From Bilabrum cf. latius (Eukaryota), in contig OZ237736.1 in assembly GCA_965178125.1 (NCBI GenBank), positions 124,001 through 188,000 of the forward strand: 64,000 nt of DNA. Reading direction: 5' to 3'. Both the position numbers and the translations under genes were made by a program. The notes below the pieces were generated by a model that was given only the letters and a program-made list of their open reading frames with translations, was not told where the DNA came from and did not search any database. Shown piece by piece: positions 11,333 through 23,277 of this stretch (positions within the stretch are counted from its first letter, which is position 1; every line of letters starts with the position of its first letter).

Positions 11333-14300
11333 CGTTCGAGACTCGAACACAGGCTCCGGTCTACCAACGCGAGGTTGCAACCGCCAGTGCGACCAGCAGC
11401 TTGCGAGGCATTCCCTCGTCTCCTTCCTTAGGGAAGGGGGCGGGGCAGCGCGGCAGTGGCCGTTCCGGCTCATGCCGTTGTTTTGTTTAGTATTTATGTT
11501 CGGTTTGGTGCTCACACGGGTAGTGCTTAACGCCGTGTCAACTATCGCGCGTGTCCATGTGGGTCCGTTCGGCCTACATCGTGCATCCATCCTCGGCCTA
11601 CTTGGCGCTCCAGTGGATCCGAACCAATATTTACTTCGATGTGATCCATCTTTCTCGGCACATCGATGGGACTTCGGTCCGTTGGGCTCGGCTGCTGCTT
11701 GCGCCACGGTCTCCCGGGTGTGTGCTCGCCGATGGCATTTTCGCGCGATCTCTGCGTCCCTCCCTTTCGTACTTGTTCCTACGCACGGCCATGCATGTAG
11801 AAACATATTCAAATGGTTCGATCTTACGGTTTTCCGACGACCCAGCCTTTCCGTTGGCGAGGCGCGCTCCGCTTTTCCGGTCGCACCTCGAAAGCAACCA
11901 CTTTCGGCCAGATCAGCCATCGTACCAGGATACAGCACGATTTGCACCTATCGAGTGACTGATCATTTGAATTGTGCAGGGTGGGCACGTAGTCAGCTTG
12001 GACTCCATCGTCCTCTGGCTGCCGACGACAGCAGGCTCGGTGAGCCTTCGTCATCGTCCAGACAACCCTGCAGCTCGCACCAGGCGTGCGTGCAGGAGGT
12101 CGAAGCGAGCAGCGCGGTGTGGCGCAGCTCGTAGACGGAGGCCGGCCTGGAGCCTGGTCGGTTGACGCAGCATCAGTGGTGGGCTGGTGCTGTGTCTTGC
12201 GCGGGTGCCGGAGCTTGGCCACGGTGGCCTGCTGCTCCCTGCGCCCCACGCGCAGTTCCTCCCGCTCCGGCGGATGAGTCAGCAGTGGCACGTTGCCACC
12301 GGCTGACGACGACAGCAGGCTCGGTGAGCCTTCGTCATCGTCCAGAAAACCCTGCAGCTCGCACCAGGCGTGCGTGCAGGAGGTCGAAGCGAGCAGCGCG
12401 GTGTGGCGCAGCTCGTAGACGGAGGCCGGCCTGGAGCCTGGTCGGTTGACGCAGCATCAGTGGTGGGCTGGTGCTGTGTCTTTGCGCGGGTGCCGGAGCT
12501 TGGCCACGATGGCCTGCTGCTCCCTGCGCCCCACGCGCAGTTCCTCCCGCTCCGGCGGATGAGTCAGCAGTGGCACGTTGCCACCGGCTGACGACGACAG
12601 CAGGCTCGGTGAGCCTTCGTCATCGTCCAGAAAACCCTGCAGCTCGCACCAGGCGTGCGTGCAGGAGGTCGAAGCGAGCAGCGCGGTGTGGCGCAGCTCG
12701 TAGACGGAGGCCGGCCTGGAGCCTGGTCGGTTGCCGCAGCATCAGTGGTGGGCTGGTGCTGTGTCTTGCGCGGGTGCCGGAGCCTGGCCACGATGGCCTG
12801 CTGCTCCCTGCGCCCACGCGCAGTTCCTCCCGCTCCGGCGGATGAGTCAGCAGTGGCACGTTGCCACCGGCTGACGACGACAGCAGGCTCGGTGAGCCTT
12901 CGTCATCGTCCAGAAAACCCTGCAGCTCGCACCAGGCGTGCGTGCAGGAGGTCGAAGCGAGCAGCGCGGTGTGGCGCAGCTCGTAGACGGAGGCCGGCCT
13001 GGAGCCTGGTCGGTTGACGCAGCATCAGTGGTGGGCTGGTGCTGTGTCTTGCGCGGGTGCCGGAGCTTGGCCACGATGGCCTGCTGCTCCCTGTGCCCCA
13101 CGCGCAGTTCCTCCCGCTCCGGCGGATGAGTCAGCAGTGGCGCGTTGCCACCGGCTGACGACGACAGCAGGCTCGGTGAGCCTTCGTCATCGTCCAGAAA
13201 ACCCTGCAGCTCGCACCAGGCGTGCGTGCAGGAGGTCGAAGCGAGCAGCGCGGTGTGGCGCAGCTCGTAGACGGAGGCCGGCCTGGAGCCTGGTCGGTTG
13301 CCGCAGCATCAGTGGTGGGCTGGTGCTGTGTCTTGCGCGGGTGCCGGAGCTGGGCCACGATGGCCTGCTGCTCCCTGCGCCCCACGCGCAGTTCCTCCCG
13401 CTCCGGCGGATGAGTCAGCAGTGGCACGTTGCCACCGGCTGACGACGACAGCAGGCTCGATGAGCCTTCGTCATCGTCCAGAAAACCCTGCAGCTCGCAC
13501 CAGGCGTGCGTGCAGGAGGTCGAAGCGAGCAGCGCGGTGTGGCGCAGCTCGTAGACGGAGGCCGGCCTGGAGCCTGGTCGGTTGCCGCAGCATCAGTGGT
13601 GGGCTGGTGCTGTGTCTTGCGCGGGTGCCGGAGCCTGGCCACGATGGCCTGCTGCTCCCTGCGCCCCACGCGCAGTTCTCCCGCTCCGGCGGATGAGTCA
13701 GCAGGGGCACGTTGCCACCGACTGACGACGACAGCAGGCTCGGTGAGCCTTCGTCATCGTCCAGAAAACCCTGCAGCTCGCACCAGGCGTGCGTGCAGGA
13801 GGTCGAAGCGAGCAGCGCGGTGTGGCGCAGCTCGTAGACGGAGGCCGGCCTGGAGCCTGGTCGGTTGACGCAGCATCAGTGGTGGGCTGGTGCTGTGTCT
13901 TTGCGCGGGTGCCGGAGCTTGGCCACGATGGCCTGCTGCTCCCTGCGCCCCACGCGCAGTTCCTCCCGCTCCGGCGGATGAGTCAGCAGTGGCACGTTGC
14001 CACCGGCTGACGACGACAGCAGGCTCGGTGAGCCTTCGTCATCGTCCAGAAAACCCTGCAGCTCGCACCAGGCGTGCGTGCAGGAGGTTGAAGCGAGCAG
14101 CGCGGTGTGGCGCAGCTCGTAGACGGAGGCCGGCCTGGAGCCTGGTCGGTTGACGCAGCATCAGTGGTGGGCTGGTGCTGTGTCTTTGCGCGGGTGCCGG
14201 AGCTTGGCCACGATGGCCTGCTGCTCCCTGCGCCCCACGCGCAGTTCCTCCCGCTCCGGCGGATGAGTCAGCAGTGGCACGTTGCCACCGGCTGACGACG

Positions 14301-15778
14301 ACAGCAGGCTCGGTGAGCCTTCGTCATCGTCCAGAAAACCCTGCAGCTCGCACCAGGCGTGCGTGCAGGAGGTCGAAGCGAGCAGCGCGGTGTGGCGCAG
14401 CTCGTAGACGGAGGCCGGCCTGGAGCCTGGTCGGTTGCCGCAGCATCAGTGGTGGGCTGGTGCTGTGTCTTGCGCGGGTGCCGGAGCTTGGCCACGGTGG
14501 CCTGCTGCTCCCTGCGCCCCACGCGCAGTTCCTCCCGCTCCGGCGGATGAGTCAGCAGTGGCACGTTGCCACCGGCTGACGACGACAGCAGGCTCGGTGA
14601 GCCTTCGTCATCGTCCAGAAAACCCTGCAGCTCGCACCAGGCGTGCATGCAGGAGGTCGAAGCGAGCAGCGCGGTGTGGCGCAGCTCGTAGACGGAGGCC
14701 GGCCTGGAGCCTGGTCGGTTGACGCAGCATCAGTGGTGGGCTGGTGCTGTGTCTTTGCGCGGGTGCCGGAGCCTGGCCACGATGGCCTGCTGCTCCCTGC
14801 GCCCACGCGCAGTTCTCCCGCTCCGGCGGATGAGTCAGCAGTGGCACGTTGCCATTGACTGACGCCCCCTCGTCAGGCTTGCTCCCTACATCCAGTAGTT
14901 TGGAGCACCCTGATTTCCCGCTTTGCGGATGAGTCACTGCGGGTATATTCTCCGGCAGCTGACGATCTCTTGGGCCACATGGTTCCTCGCCCAGGAACAG
15001 GCATGTAGACACAGTGGTAGCCACTCCACTGGCCTACTTGCAGGTTCCCAATCGACTGGTTCTTCCACGGATGTCGCCGTACGTACCTCCTTTGGCACAA
15101 CCCGACTGCATAGTCGATGAGTTGTGTCAACGGACTCAACGCCGGCGCGGTTTCGTCCCTGACCTACGGTCGTCGACTCGACTACCGCTATCATCGACTG
15201 TTTCCACACGTCCTACAGATGGTCCCGACAACCAGTCAACTTCAATGATCAAGGCATGGCGATGTAAGACTTGGCTGATAGTGGAGCGGACGCGCAACCG
15301 ACGGTTCTGGTGCTTTCCAACCGACGTCGGCGCGCGGTCTGCTCAGATTGGCCATGCTTTGCCCATGTCTTGATTGAACTGGAGACGAAGTGTGTCGAGT
15401 AAGCATCGTTGCATCATAATGCTAACGCCGAATGGGGTTCGGGGTTGATGTGGCGATGCGTTCGAGACTCGAACACAGGCTCCGGTCTACCAACGCGAGG
15501 TTGCAACCGCCAGTGCGACCAGCAGCTTGCGAGGCATTCCCTCGTCTCCTTCCTTAGGGAAGGGGGCGGGGCAGCGCGGCAGTGGCCGTTCCGGCTCATG
15601 CCGTTGTTTTGTCCCACCCTCCTCTCCCTGGTTTGGCTGATAGTGGAGCGGACGCGCAACCGACGGTTCTGGTGCTTTCCAACCGACGTCGGCGCGCGGT
15701 CTGCTCAGATTGGCCATGCTTTGCCCATGTCTTGATTGAACTGGAGACGAAGTGTGTCGAGTAAGCATCGTTGCATCA
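11333..15778 (+). mobile_element. Non-autonomous Ngaro-like (DIRS-group) element with split direct repeats A1...B1-A2-B2
   Basis: A1 11333-11486 = A2 15459-15612 (154 bp); B1 15271-15416 = B2 15633-15778 (146 bp). No RT, RNase H or YR ORF is recognisable. GC-rich; the right end abuts the AT-rich penton gene mid-ORF. Confidence 0.8.
12024..14854 (+). repeat. Tandem array of ten ~283-285-bp units inside the Ngaro-like element
   Basis: Units start at about 12024, 12308, 12593, 12876, 13160, 13444, 13727, 14012, 14297 and 14581 (GACGACAGCAGGCTCGGTGAGCC...), differing by few SNPs and 1-bp indels. Confidence 0.97.
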
Positions 15779-16461
15779 ATCTCTGTACTAGATGTACTTT
15801 TATATGATGGTGTAAATTCTGGAAGTATTGGAAGAGATGGACTAATAATTTGAATATACTCCATAGTAGGAAACTAATCTAAGGTAGAAGCACTCTATTC
15901 ATTGTATCCATCTAAAAGATTTATATAAGTATCACTTTTAATGTCTTTACCTTCATCATCATATTCAAATGTCTCAAATATAGAGAATAAAGGAAAGTTA
16001 AAACTTAAAGTCCACGCACTTGTAAAAGCCGCTAAACGGGTGAAACTAAAAGTTTTAGTCTTACCGTGATATTCAAATACTATACTATCAGTTGGAATAC
16101 TAGCATCTCCACATAAATCACTAAGAGTATTATTAAATTCATTAGATAAGGTCTTAAGACTATAATATAACGACTTGGTTAAGACAATATTACGAGTGTA
16201 AGTAGTTCCATCACTCTTCTTCACAAACGACATCTTATAAATTGACTAATTATCGCTATTCTTTACTTCTTTACTTGCTACAAATAAAGGAATACGACAT
16301 TTAAGAGTCCATCGGTCAAGTGATAATAAGTAGTTTTGTGAATTTGTCAAGATATTACCTTGACGCTGTTCATGTATTGATACTGGTCTATTAGTATTAA
16401 TAGATGTTATAGTATCCTATGAGTTAATATAAAAGATATCTGGTTCTTGAATCTCTACCAT
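15779..16461 (-). pseudogene. Minor capsid (penton) protein, 5' part, disrupted by the Ngaro-like insertion
   Basis: Continuous frame with TAG=Gln from MVEIQEPDIFYINS through NYLLSLDRWTLKCRIPLF to [Q]SASTLD[Q]FPTMEYIQIISPSLPILPE. The pattern resembles virophage pentons, and the position after ATPase and protease matches the mavirus morphogenesis module. Confidence 0.7.
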
Positions 16462-16497
16462 TCTATAACATTTATCAAGAAAATAAGTCTTGTCTAA

Positions 16498-16740
16498 TGC
16501 CCCAAATTGCGGTAATATTATAGCTATTTAAGATATATTTCCGCAATTCTGGGCGCGTACCCGTATTGACTTTTTAAAAAAGTTTTTATTAATTATTTGA
16601 CTCATTGAAAAAATCCAATATTCCGAAATTTTAAAAATTTAGTATCTTAAGATATAGTATAATACCAGCGCCCCAAATTGCGATAATATATTAGGATATT
16701 AAGATATATTTCCGCAATTCTGGGCGCTTACCCGTATTCA
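16498..16740 (-). repeat. Two hairpin repeats (about 16498-16568 and 16668-16740), minus orientation
   Basis: Reverse complement of the hairpin consensus, between the protease stop and the penton start. Confidence 0.93.
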
Positions 16741-16821
16741 TTTTTATATTTTAGTCTTTTTAATATGGCCACCTTATAGATATCAATTTTCAATATCTAA
16801 AAATTTATGGTATATGTCATA

Positions 16822-17370
16822 TTAACTAATTATCAAAGTAATAAGTTCATCATTATCTAGTCCTCCTCCATACTTTTTAAAAGCCTTCTTTAATTGACTA
16901 TTAAACTAATCATTCGTTAAATTATGAAAGAGAAGTCTGAGCACACTCCACCGACCGCATGTGGCAGAGTTATTTGATATTAATTGATTCTTTTGATTTG
17001 AATAGTCAACATTAATACCAGCATCTAATACGTGATCTATTAGAAGACTACTTCTATCATATAGCTTCTATGGGTCTATGACTCCTCCTACGACTGGAAT
17101 ATGAGTATCAGGTAATTGACCATAACTATCCCAAAAATAAAGAGTATTCTTTGATTTATTAAATATGACCGCAGTATAATGACCGCTCATTGTTGCTCCT
17201 TCTACTAAGTTAGGATAATAAAGGACAAATAAAGGATTTTCATCTAGAAATTGTCTGATGTTATTAGTATCACTTATTTCTTCATACATTATAACTGGTA
17301 TATGCTACTTTGTAAATGTAAAGTATAGTCTTTGTACCTCTTCAGGACTTAATGCAGTGGTTATATCCAT
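16822..17370 (-). CDS. Adenain-like maturation cysteine protease (182 aa with TAG=Gln)
   Basis: SGHYTAV...YFWDSYG...NQLISNNSATCGRWSVLRL gives the catalytic His/Asp/Cys plus oxyanion Gln arrangement of adenovirus and virophage proteases. Confidence 0.88.
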
Positions 17371-17389
17371 ATACTTAATACTAAGAAAA

Positions 17390-18457
17390 TTAATATACGA
17401 ACATCTATTTAGGACAAGTGATAAAATTATAAGTCTTATTAATACATAGCCATCTATTACCTTCTCCAAACAATTTATAAACACGATTTATAAGACTTGC
17501 ATCAAATCCTAAATATGCTTTCATTAAATATTTGCTAAATTTCCATAGATTTCTCTTAAATAAAATAATATTATGACTTTCCATGACTATTGACCTAGTA
17601 TTCGCATAATCATTCGTTAAATGACTTATAACTATCATATTTGTTGAGCTATGTCTTCCAACTTCACCTATACGCTTAATTAAGAATAACGCTCTCTACT
17701 TTTTATCACCGTTTAAGGCTTCATAATCATCAAATACCACCACAGAAGGACCCTATTTTGCCCATTCTTCATACAATGGAGTAGTGGTAAATGATGCCTT
17801 TGTCTTGTCTTTACTTGTTGGTTTCATTCTTTCTATCTCTATCTCTCTTTTAATTAATTCATGAGGTTCTAATGACTTCTTTTCCTACCTAAAGAATATC
17901 TTTTCTTCTTTGTATTTCCTCATTAAGTCATCATAACTATCGTTTCTATCTACTGCTACTAATTTATCAATATCAATAAAATTACCATATTTTAAATAAG
18001 TTGGATTTGTTTCCTGTACTGGTGTAATGACTAAAACCCTCTTCTTTGGAATGAACATATGATAATACTTGAGTAAAGACTTAGCAATATAAGACTTACC
18101 AGCACCAGCCTAACCACTTAAATAGTGTATTTGTCTTTTGGTCTCATCATCAAAGAATGGGACTATTTCAAACTAACTCTTATCATCTATTCTTAACTCG
18201 TTAGTCTTTCTAACTAGTTTTTTATTTCCATTCACTAGCTTACACATCTCTTCACGTAATGCTTTTTTATTCTTCTCATATTTAATTGCTCTCTTTCCAT
18301 AATACTCTTCAAGTAAATCATCACTTATATCTTCTGGAGTTATGACTTTTTCCCCTACATCTTCACTAAAAAAGACGCTTTTGTTCCTCTTCTTGTGCTT
18401 GTATTCTCTTAAAGCAACTAAATGACTATTTGGTATTTCATCGTATGATAATGACAT
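17390..18457 (-). CDS. A32/FtsK-HerA-type genome packaging ATPase (355 aa with TAG=Gln)
   Basis: Walker A SG[TAG]AGAGKS, Walker B VVVFDDYE, arginine motif GRHSSTNMIVISH; ends in TAA. Confidence 0.9.
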
Positions 18458-18602
18458 TATATACTATATGTTAATATTTATTATTTTTCTAATAATTAGT
18501 GGGTTCAAAAGGTATATTGTGAGAAGTAGCCATTTCAAATATTCATTTTAGAGTGCACAGTCTTAAGAATATGATTAAAATATCATATAAATATATAGAA
18601 TT

Positions 18603-19124
18603 ATGGATCACAAACTTCTAATTTCAAAAAGATATATTAAATCATTTTATAAGTACTCATGTAAAGTTAATTAGTACTATAAGAAAGCAGAAGAGTAGCG
18701 TAATATGATGACAACTGATAGAGTAGATTGCTATACTAATTATATAACTTGTCTTCTAATTGCTCGTAAGTATAGAGAATGTATTATCAATTGCAGTAAA
18801 AAGTACTATTATGATATGGACTTTACGTTAAATGATAACGGATATGTATCGTCTTCTTTTGATCACTTAAAAACATTCAACTTTGACTATGCTAATTCAA
18901 TGAAAATAAATGAATGTATAGAACAATTTAAACAATCCGTTGAGTGGGAAAGGTTATTTAAAAAAGACTTTTTTCAAATGTAGTTAATTTATGAATATCT
19001 AAAATTTTTCAGACTTAAGTGCTATTTACATGACATACGACCAGATAATCCCCTCCATCCGACAGAAAAAGTTAATAAACTTAACGAAGAAGACATTGAC
19101 GAGCTATTTTATAGTGACTGGTGA
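18603..19124 (+). CDS. Viral hypothetical protein (173 aa with TAG=Gln)
   Basis: ATG 18603 to TGA 19124, immediately followed by a hairpin repeat. Confidence 0.65.
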
Positions 19125-19130
19125 GACGAC

Positions 19131-19320
19131 CGCCCCAAATTGCGGTAATATTATAGCTATTTAAGATATATTTCTGCAATTCTGGGCGCGTAGGCTGTTA
19201 GAGGTTTTACATTTTCGGGTCAATCTAATGAAAATCTCACAATATAGGGCGCCCCAAATTGCGGAAATATATAAGTATCAAGAAAATTATGTCTGCAATT
19301 CTGGGCGTTTAGGTGTATTC
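19131..19320 (-). repeat. Two hairpin repeats (about 19131-19195 and 19248-19320) between convergent genes
   Basis: Reverse complement of the consensus; the second copy overlaps the TGA of the NTase-like gene. Confidence 0.93.
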
Positions 19321-20137
19321 AATTATGTGAAACTAATTTAACGACCCTTTTATTGAGCTAGTCTTCTAAATATTTAATTATAATACTTACATCTTTACTA
19401 TTGAACGTATTAAAGTATTGATATACTGGTTTAATAAGTCCTAATTTACGTACATCATTCTTAAGTCTATCAATAACTCTATTTTTTAATTTAAATGGAA
19501 CTGTTGGAAGTAATAAACTTTTTAATCTTGTAATAGTCAAGTAAAGAAAGCCTACATCGGGATTCTTTATAAGTTGTTCAATCTCTTCCTGCTTCTTCTT
19601 TTGACCTAATTCGTCGTAAATTACATCTAGTCTTTTTAATATCTTGAAATATTTTCGTTCTTTTTGTAAGTCTTTTATGTCATCTATCATCCTATCAGCT
19701 ACTTGTTGAGGCTTCATTTTCAATATCTTACCTCCAATATCATATAATATGCTAACCTCTTCAATATATCCAGTATAGACCCAACTTTCAACGAATATCA
19801 TAGGATTATTCTACTATTTTAAAGATTTTAATATTTTAGGTCTATTAGTATCAAGAAATGTATCTAAAGAGACGCCATTATCATCATATTCAACGTTATA
19901 AATATGTATTAATCTACTCCCTCTTAAGGTCTTTAATTCATTTATAACACTATTGACATCAGACAATTTAACGGGAGAGTATAGGTCTATGTCTCCAGCC
20001 CAAAGTGAAAGCATATTATGAGTAAATGAATATGAACCATTTAAATAAATATCACTTCTATTTATTTTAAAAGACTTGAATATCTTATTATCAAATCGTG
20101 AATAATACTTTAGCTACTACTTTGTTAATTTAACCAT
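19319..20137 (-). CDS. Putative Pol-beta-superfamily nucleotidyltransferase (272 aa with TAG=Gln)
   Basis: IYLNGSYS-x10-GDIDLY matches the hGS...DhD signature. ORF-track pieces 19814-20014 and 19358-19801 are in one frame, joined over TAG TAG. Confidence 0.6.
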
Positions 20138-20171
20138 ATATTAATAAGAAATATTATAGTTCTTTATTATA

Positions 20172-20615
20172 ATGGACGATTTCATAAGACAAAGACTATA
20201 GCAACTAGGTAAATCACCCTCTAATGCCAAAGTCAACAATTTAAAAGACGAATTTAAGCAAAAACTACTTGAATTATTTGAAGACTATCAAATGAATGGT
20301 GTTCAAGGTGGTTCAAAAGTTGGACGTTTTTTTAAAAAAGTAGGTAGAAAATTCAAGAAAGTAGGGCGAACAATTAAAAAAGGTATTAAAAGTAACGTAG
20401 GAAAGGCAATACGAACAGGTCTTAAGTTTGTAGCCCCTGAAGTTGGTATCCCTCTTGATGCTGCACTTAAGACTGTAGGACTTGGAAAGGCTAAGCGTAA
20501 GAGGAAACCTAATCCAAAAGCTAAAGCAAGAGGTAAATTAGTGAGTGCGGTAATGAAGAAGTATGGCGTAAGTCTAGGAGAAGCAAGTAAAATATTAAAA
20601 GAAAATGGTATGTAA
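20172..20615 (+). CDS. Basic virion core/DNA-condensing protein candidate (147 aa)
   Basis: Lys/Arg-rich, with a VQGG/S adenain-type site and a C-terminal ARGKLVSAVMKKYGVSLGEASKILKENGM motif recalled from virophage/PLV basic proteins. Confidence 0.6.
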
Positions 20616-20654
20616 ATTTAATAATATTATCTATTATCATAATATAATTATACG

Positions 20655-22268
20655 ATGTCTAAAAAAAGAACAGCAGTATTGGAAGACTTACTCGATGGAC
20701 TTGTGGAAAGTAGAGCCCCTACAAGTCAAGCAAGACGAAAGGTAAGAAACGAAGAGAGAGCCATAAGAGCAGCTATAGGAGAAGCTAAACGAAAACAAAA
20801 GATTCAATTAGAAGAGGACTTTATGCCATTAGAAGAAAAGAGAAAATTAAAAAGAATAGCAAATCTTATGAAAAGGACTTTAAAAAGAGTTAAAGAGAAT
20901 AGCAAGAAAGGTAAAAAGTATAAAGTAGCTGATATTGATCAAGTTGTAAGACTAGCCAAAGATAATGAACTACTTGATGAAGATGCTGAAGCTATTGCTA
21001 AGATGATATAGAATATTCCATATATGAGCTCATCTAATACACTATTTCAAAAAGGTAAAGCTGAGTCAAAACTTAACGACGCATTAAATAACTTATTTAT
21101 TGAAGCGGAAGAAATTGATAATTTACCTAAAGATATAGAAGACCTAGAAGGTGACTTAAGCAAAGAGTAGCTCCAACAACTTCTTATTGATAATAATGTT
21201 AAACCTGAAACAATTGAAGGTATGAGTAAGCAGAGATTAAATGACCTAGCTACACGTATTCTTTTAATTAAAAGAAGACAAAATGAAAAAGGTAACCCAA
21301 GTAAAACATTTGAAAGAATTGAGGATGATTTTGACAAGCTAACTAGTCTAAGAAGACTTAATTTAAACAGGCAAGTATATGATTTTGATGAAAGAAGGAT
21401 GCTAGCCCGACGTAATGCACTTAGAAAGATTGCCCAAACAAAAGGTAATACAAGTGCTCTTGAAATGATAAACAAACTGACTAAATTACTTGGACCGACT
21501 TATCAAGGTAAAGCGTTGTCGACTATGGATTACCATACTGAACTTAAACCACTATTTAATGAAATTAAGTCTGGACGATATACTGACTTAAGCGCAGATG
21601 ATAGAGCGAAAGGGATTACTAGAATGGGTAAAGAGTTTGTTGAAAATGAAAAGAAGGTTAAAAGTATGGCCGATAATTCATCACGACGAAGAGCTTTTGG
21701 ATAGTTAAGAGATTTTACAAGTGCTCAAAAAGCTGAAAGAGAAGAAAAGTTGAAACAAAGACGTGAAAGACAAGACTCATAGATGGCACAATTGATGGCA
21801 GCACAAAGAAGCAGAAAAATGACGCAAAGACGCAAAAGATCTAAAAGTATAACAGAGAAAGCACCTCAACAGAAGACTCCTTCATCACCTGCTGGTGTAC
21901 TAATGACGAATAGACAAAGAGATCCAGACTTACGAAGACAGGCCGCTTTAAGTGGTCTATCTAATGAAGCTGCTGAATAGATTGCAAGAGGTAATGAACC
22001 TATAGATGATGAAACAGAAGGGACATTATTAGAACAAAGACCAGATGGTGAATTTGTAGCAAACGATGCAGGTGAAGATCTTGGTAAAGGTCAAGAAGCA
22101 AGAGCAAGAGCAGCACGAGCAGCACAAGAACGGGAAGAACAAGAACAAGAAGCACAAGGTCAATCATCTAGTGGAGCAAGTGAAAGTAAGACTGGTGAAG
22201 GTTCAGGTCTAAATAAGAGACTTGATACTCTAATATCTTGGTTGGATAATAGGTTAAGAAGTCTTTAA
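20655..22268 (+). CDS. Large charged/coiled-coil viral protein (537 aa with TAG=Gln)
   Basis: Three ORF-track pieces lie in one frame, joined only by TAGs; ends at TAA 22266-22268. Confidence 0.75.
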
Positions 22269-22511
22269 ATGGTATATACTATAATATTTTAATTTAAAAA
22301 TATTACATTGTAAGAGGTGGCTATATTAAAAATGACTAAATTATAAAAATCAATACGCCTACGCGCCCAGAATTGCAGAAATATATCTTAATATCCTAAT
22401 ATATTATCGCAATTTGGGGCGCTGGTATTATACTATATCTTAAGATACTAAATTTTTAAAATCTCGTAATTTAAAAAAAAAATATCTAGTCTAGCTAATA
22501 TATTATAAGTA

Positions 22512-23234
22512 ATGGCAGGAATATACAATCTCTTAAACAAAAATGAATATGAATTAAAGAGTAAGTCTATTGAAGTAGAATCAATTAAAGCAGAAGGCTT
22601 TGATGGAGCCGCTAACTTTGGACTTAACTTCAATGGTCAATCACTACCCTATATTATGAGTGGTACTAATGAAGATGCTAAGTCTTTCACATGGAGAATA
22701 GGTAAAAACTCAGCATCAGCAGGTGCATCTATCTCAATTAATGTCGCAGGTGATGGAACTCAAACCAGTACTATGACAGCAACCAACTTCTTATCATTTA
22801 CCGGTACACATGTTGCATCTTGTAGTGATGTTGCTTCTAGTTTACCAGCTGGTATTGGGTCAGTGGTTACTCTTGATAGTGTAGTTAATAAAGGACCCAC
22901 AACTAATGAATATGTCGTAAGTCAAGCATCTCAACATTCACCACCTTTTGGAGTATATGTAGGAGAACACCATGATGATGGTAAAGTACTTGTAGCATCT
23001 TTAGGTGATGGAGCTGTGAAAGTAAATAAAAATGGAGGAGATGTAAGTGCGGGTGACTACTTAATAAATAGCTCTGATAGTGGATATGTCTACGCGCCTA
23101 ATCCTCAACCAGTCTCTGTTGATTAGACTATTGTAGCAAAAGCTCTAGTAGATGAAGACTTTTCAAGTGGTACTTCTACTGATGCTAATGGAGTAGAATA
23201 TAAAGTCGTACCTTGTATTTTCTTAACAGGATAA
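22512..23234 (+). CDS. Putative fibre/receptor-binding protein with a C-terminal autocleaving chaperone-like domain (240 aa)
   Basis: Gly/Ser/Thr-rich, beta-type composition. SFTGTH...LGDGAVKV...AGDYLINS...TIVAKAL resembles viral fibre C-terminal domains. Confidence 0.5.
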
Positions 23235-23277
23235 TTGAGTTTAATTATAGAAATATCTTTTTTATTAATATAATAAA

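Noticed and set aside
10916-12134. ORFs spanning the N gap
   Set aside because: Artefacts of translating through Ns; they join a GART exon to unrelated Ngaro-like sequence.
12024-14854. CRISPR array or repeat-protein gene
   Set aside because: Units are ~284 bp and wholly repeated with no unique spacers; 1-bp indels break any frame; no cas genes; eukaryotic context.
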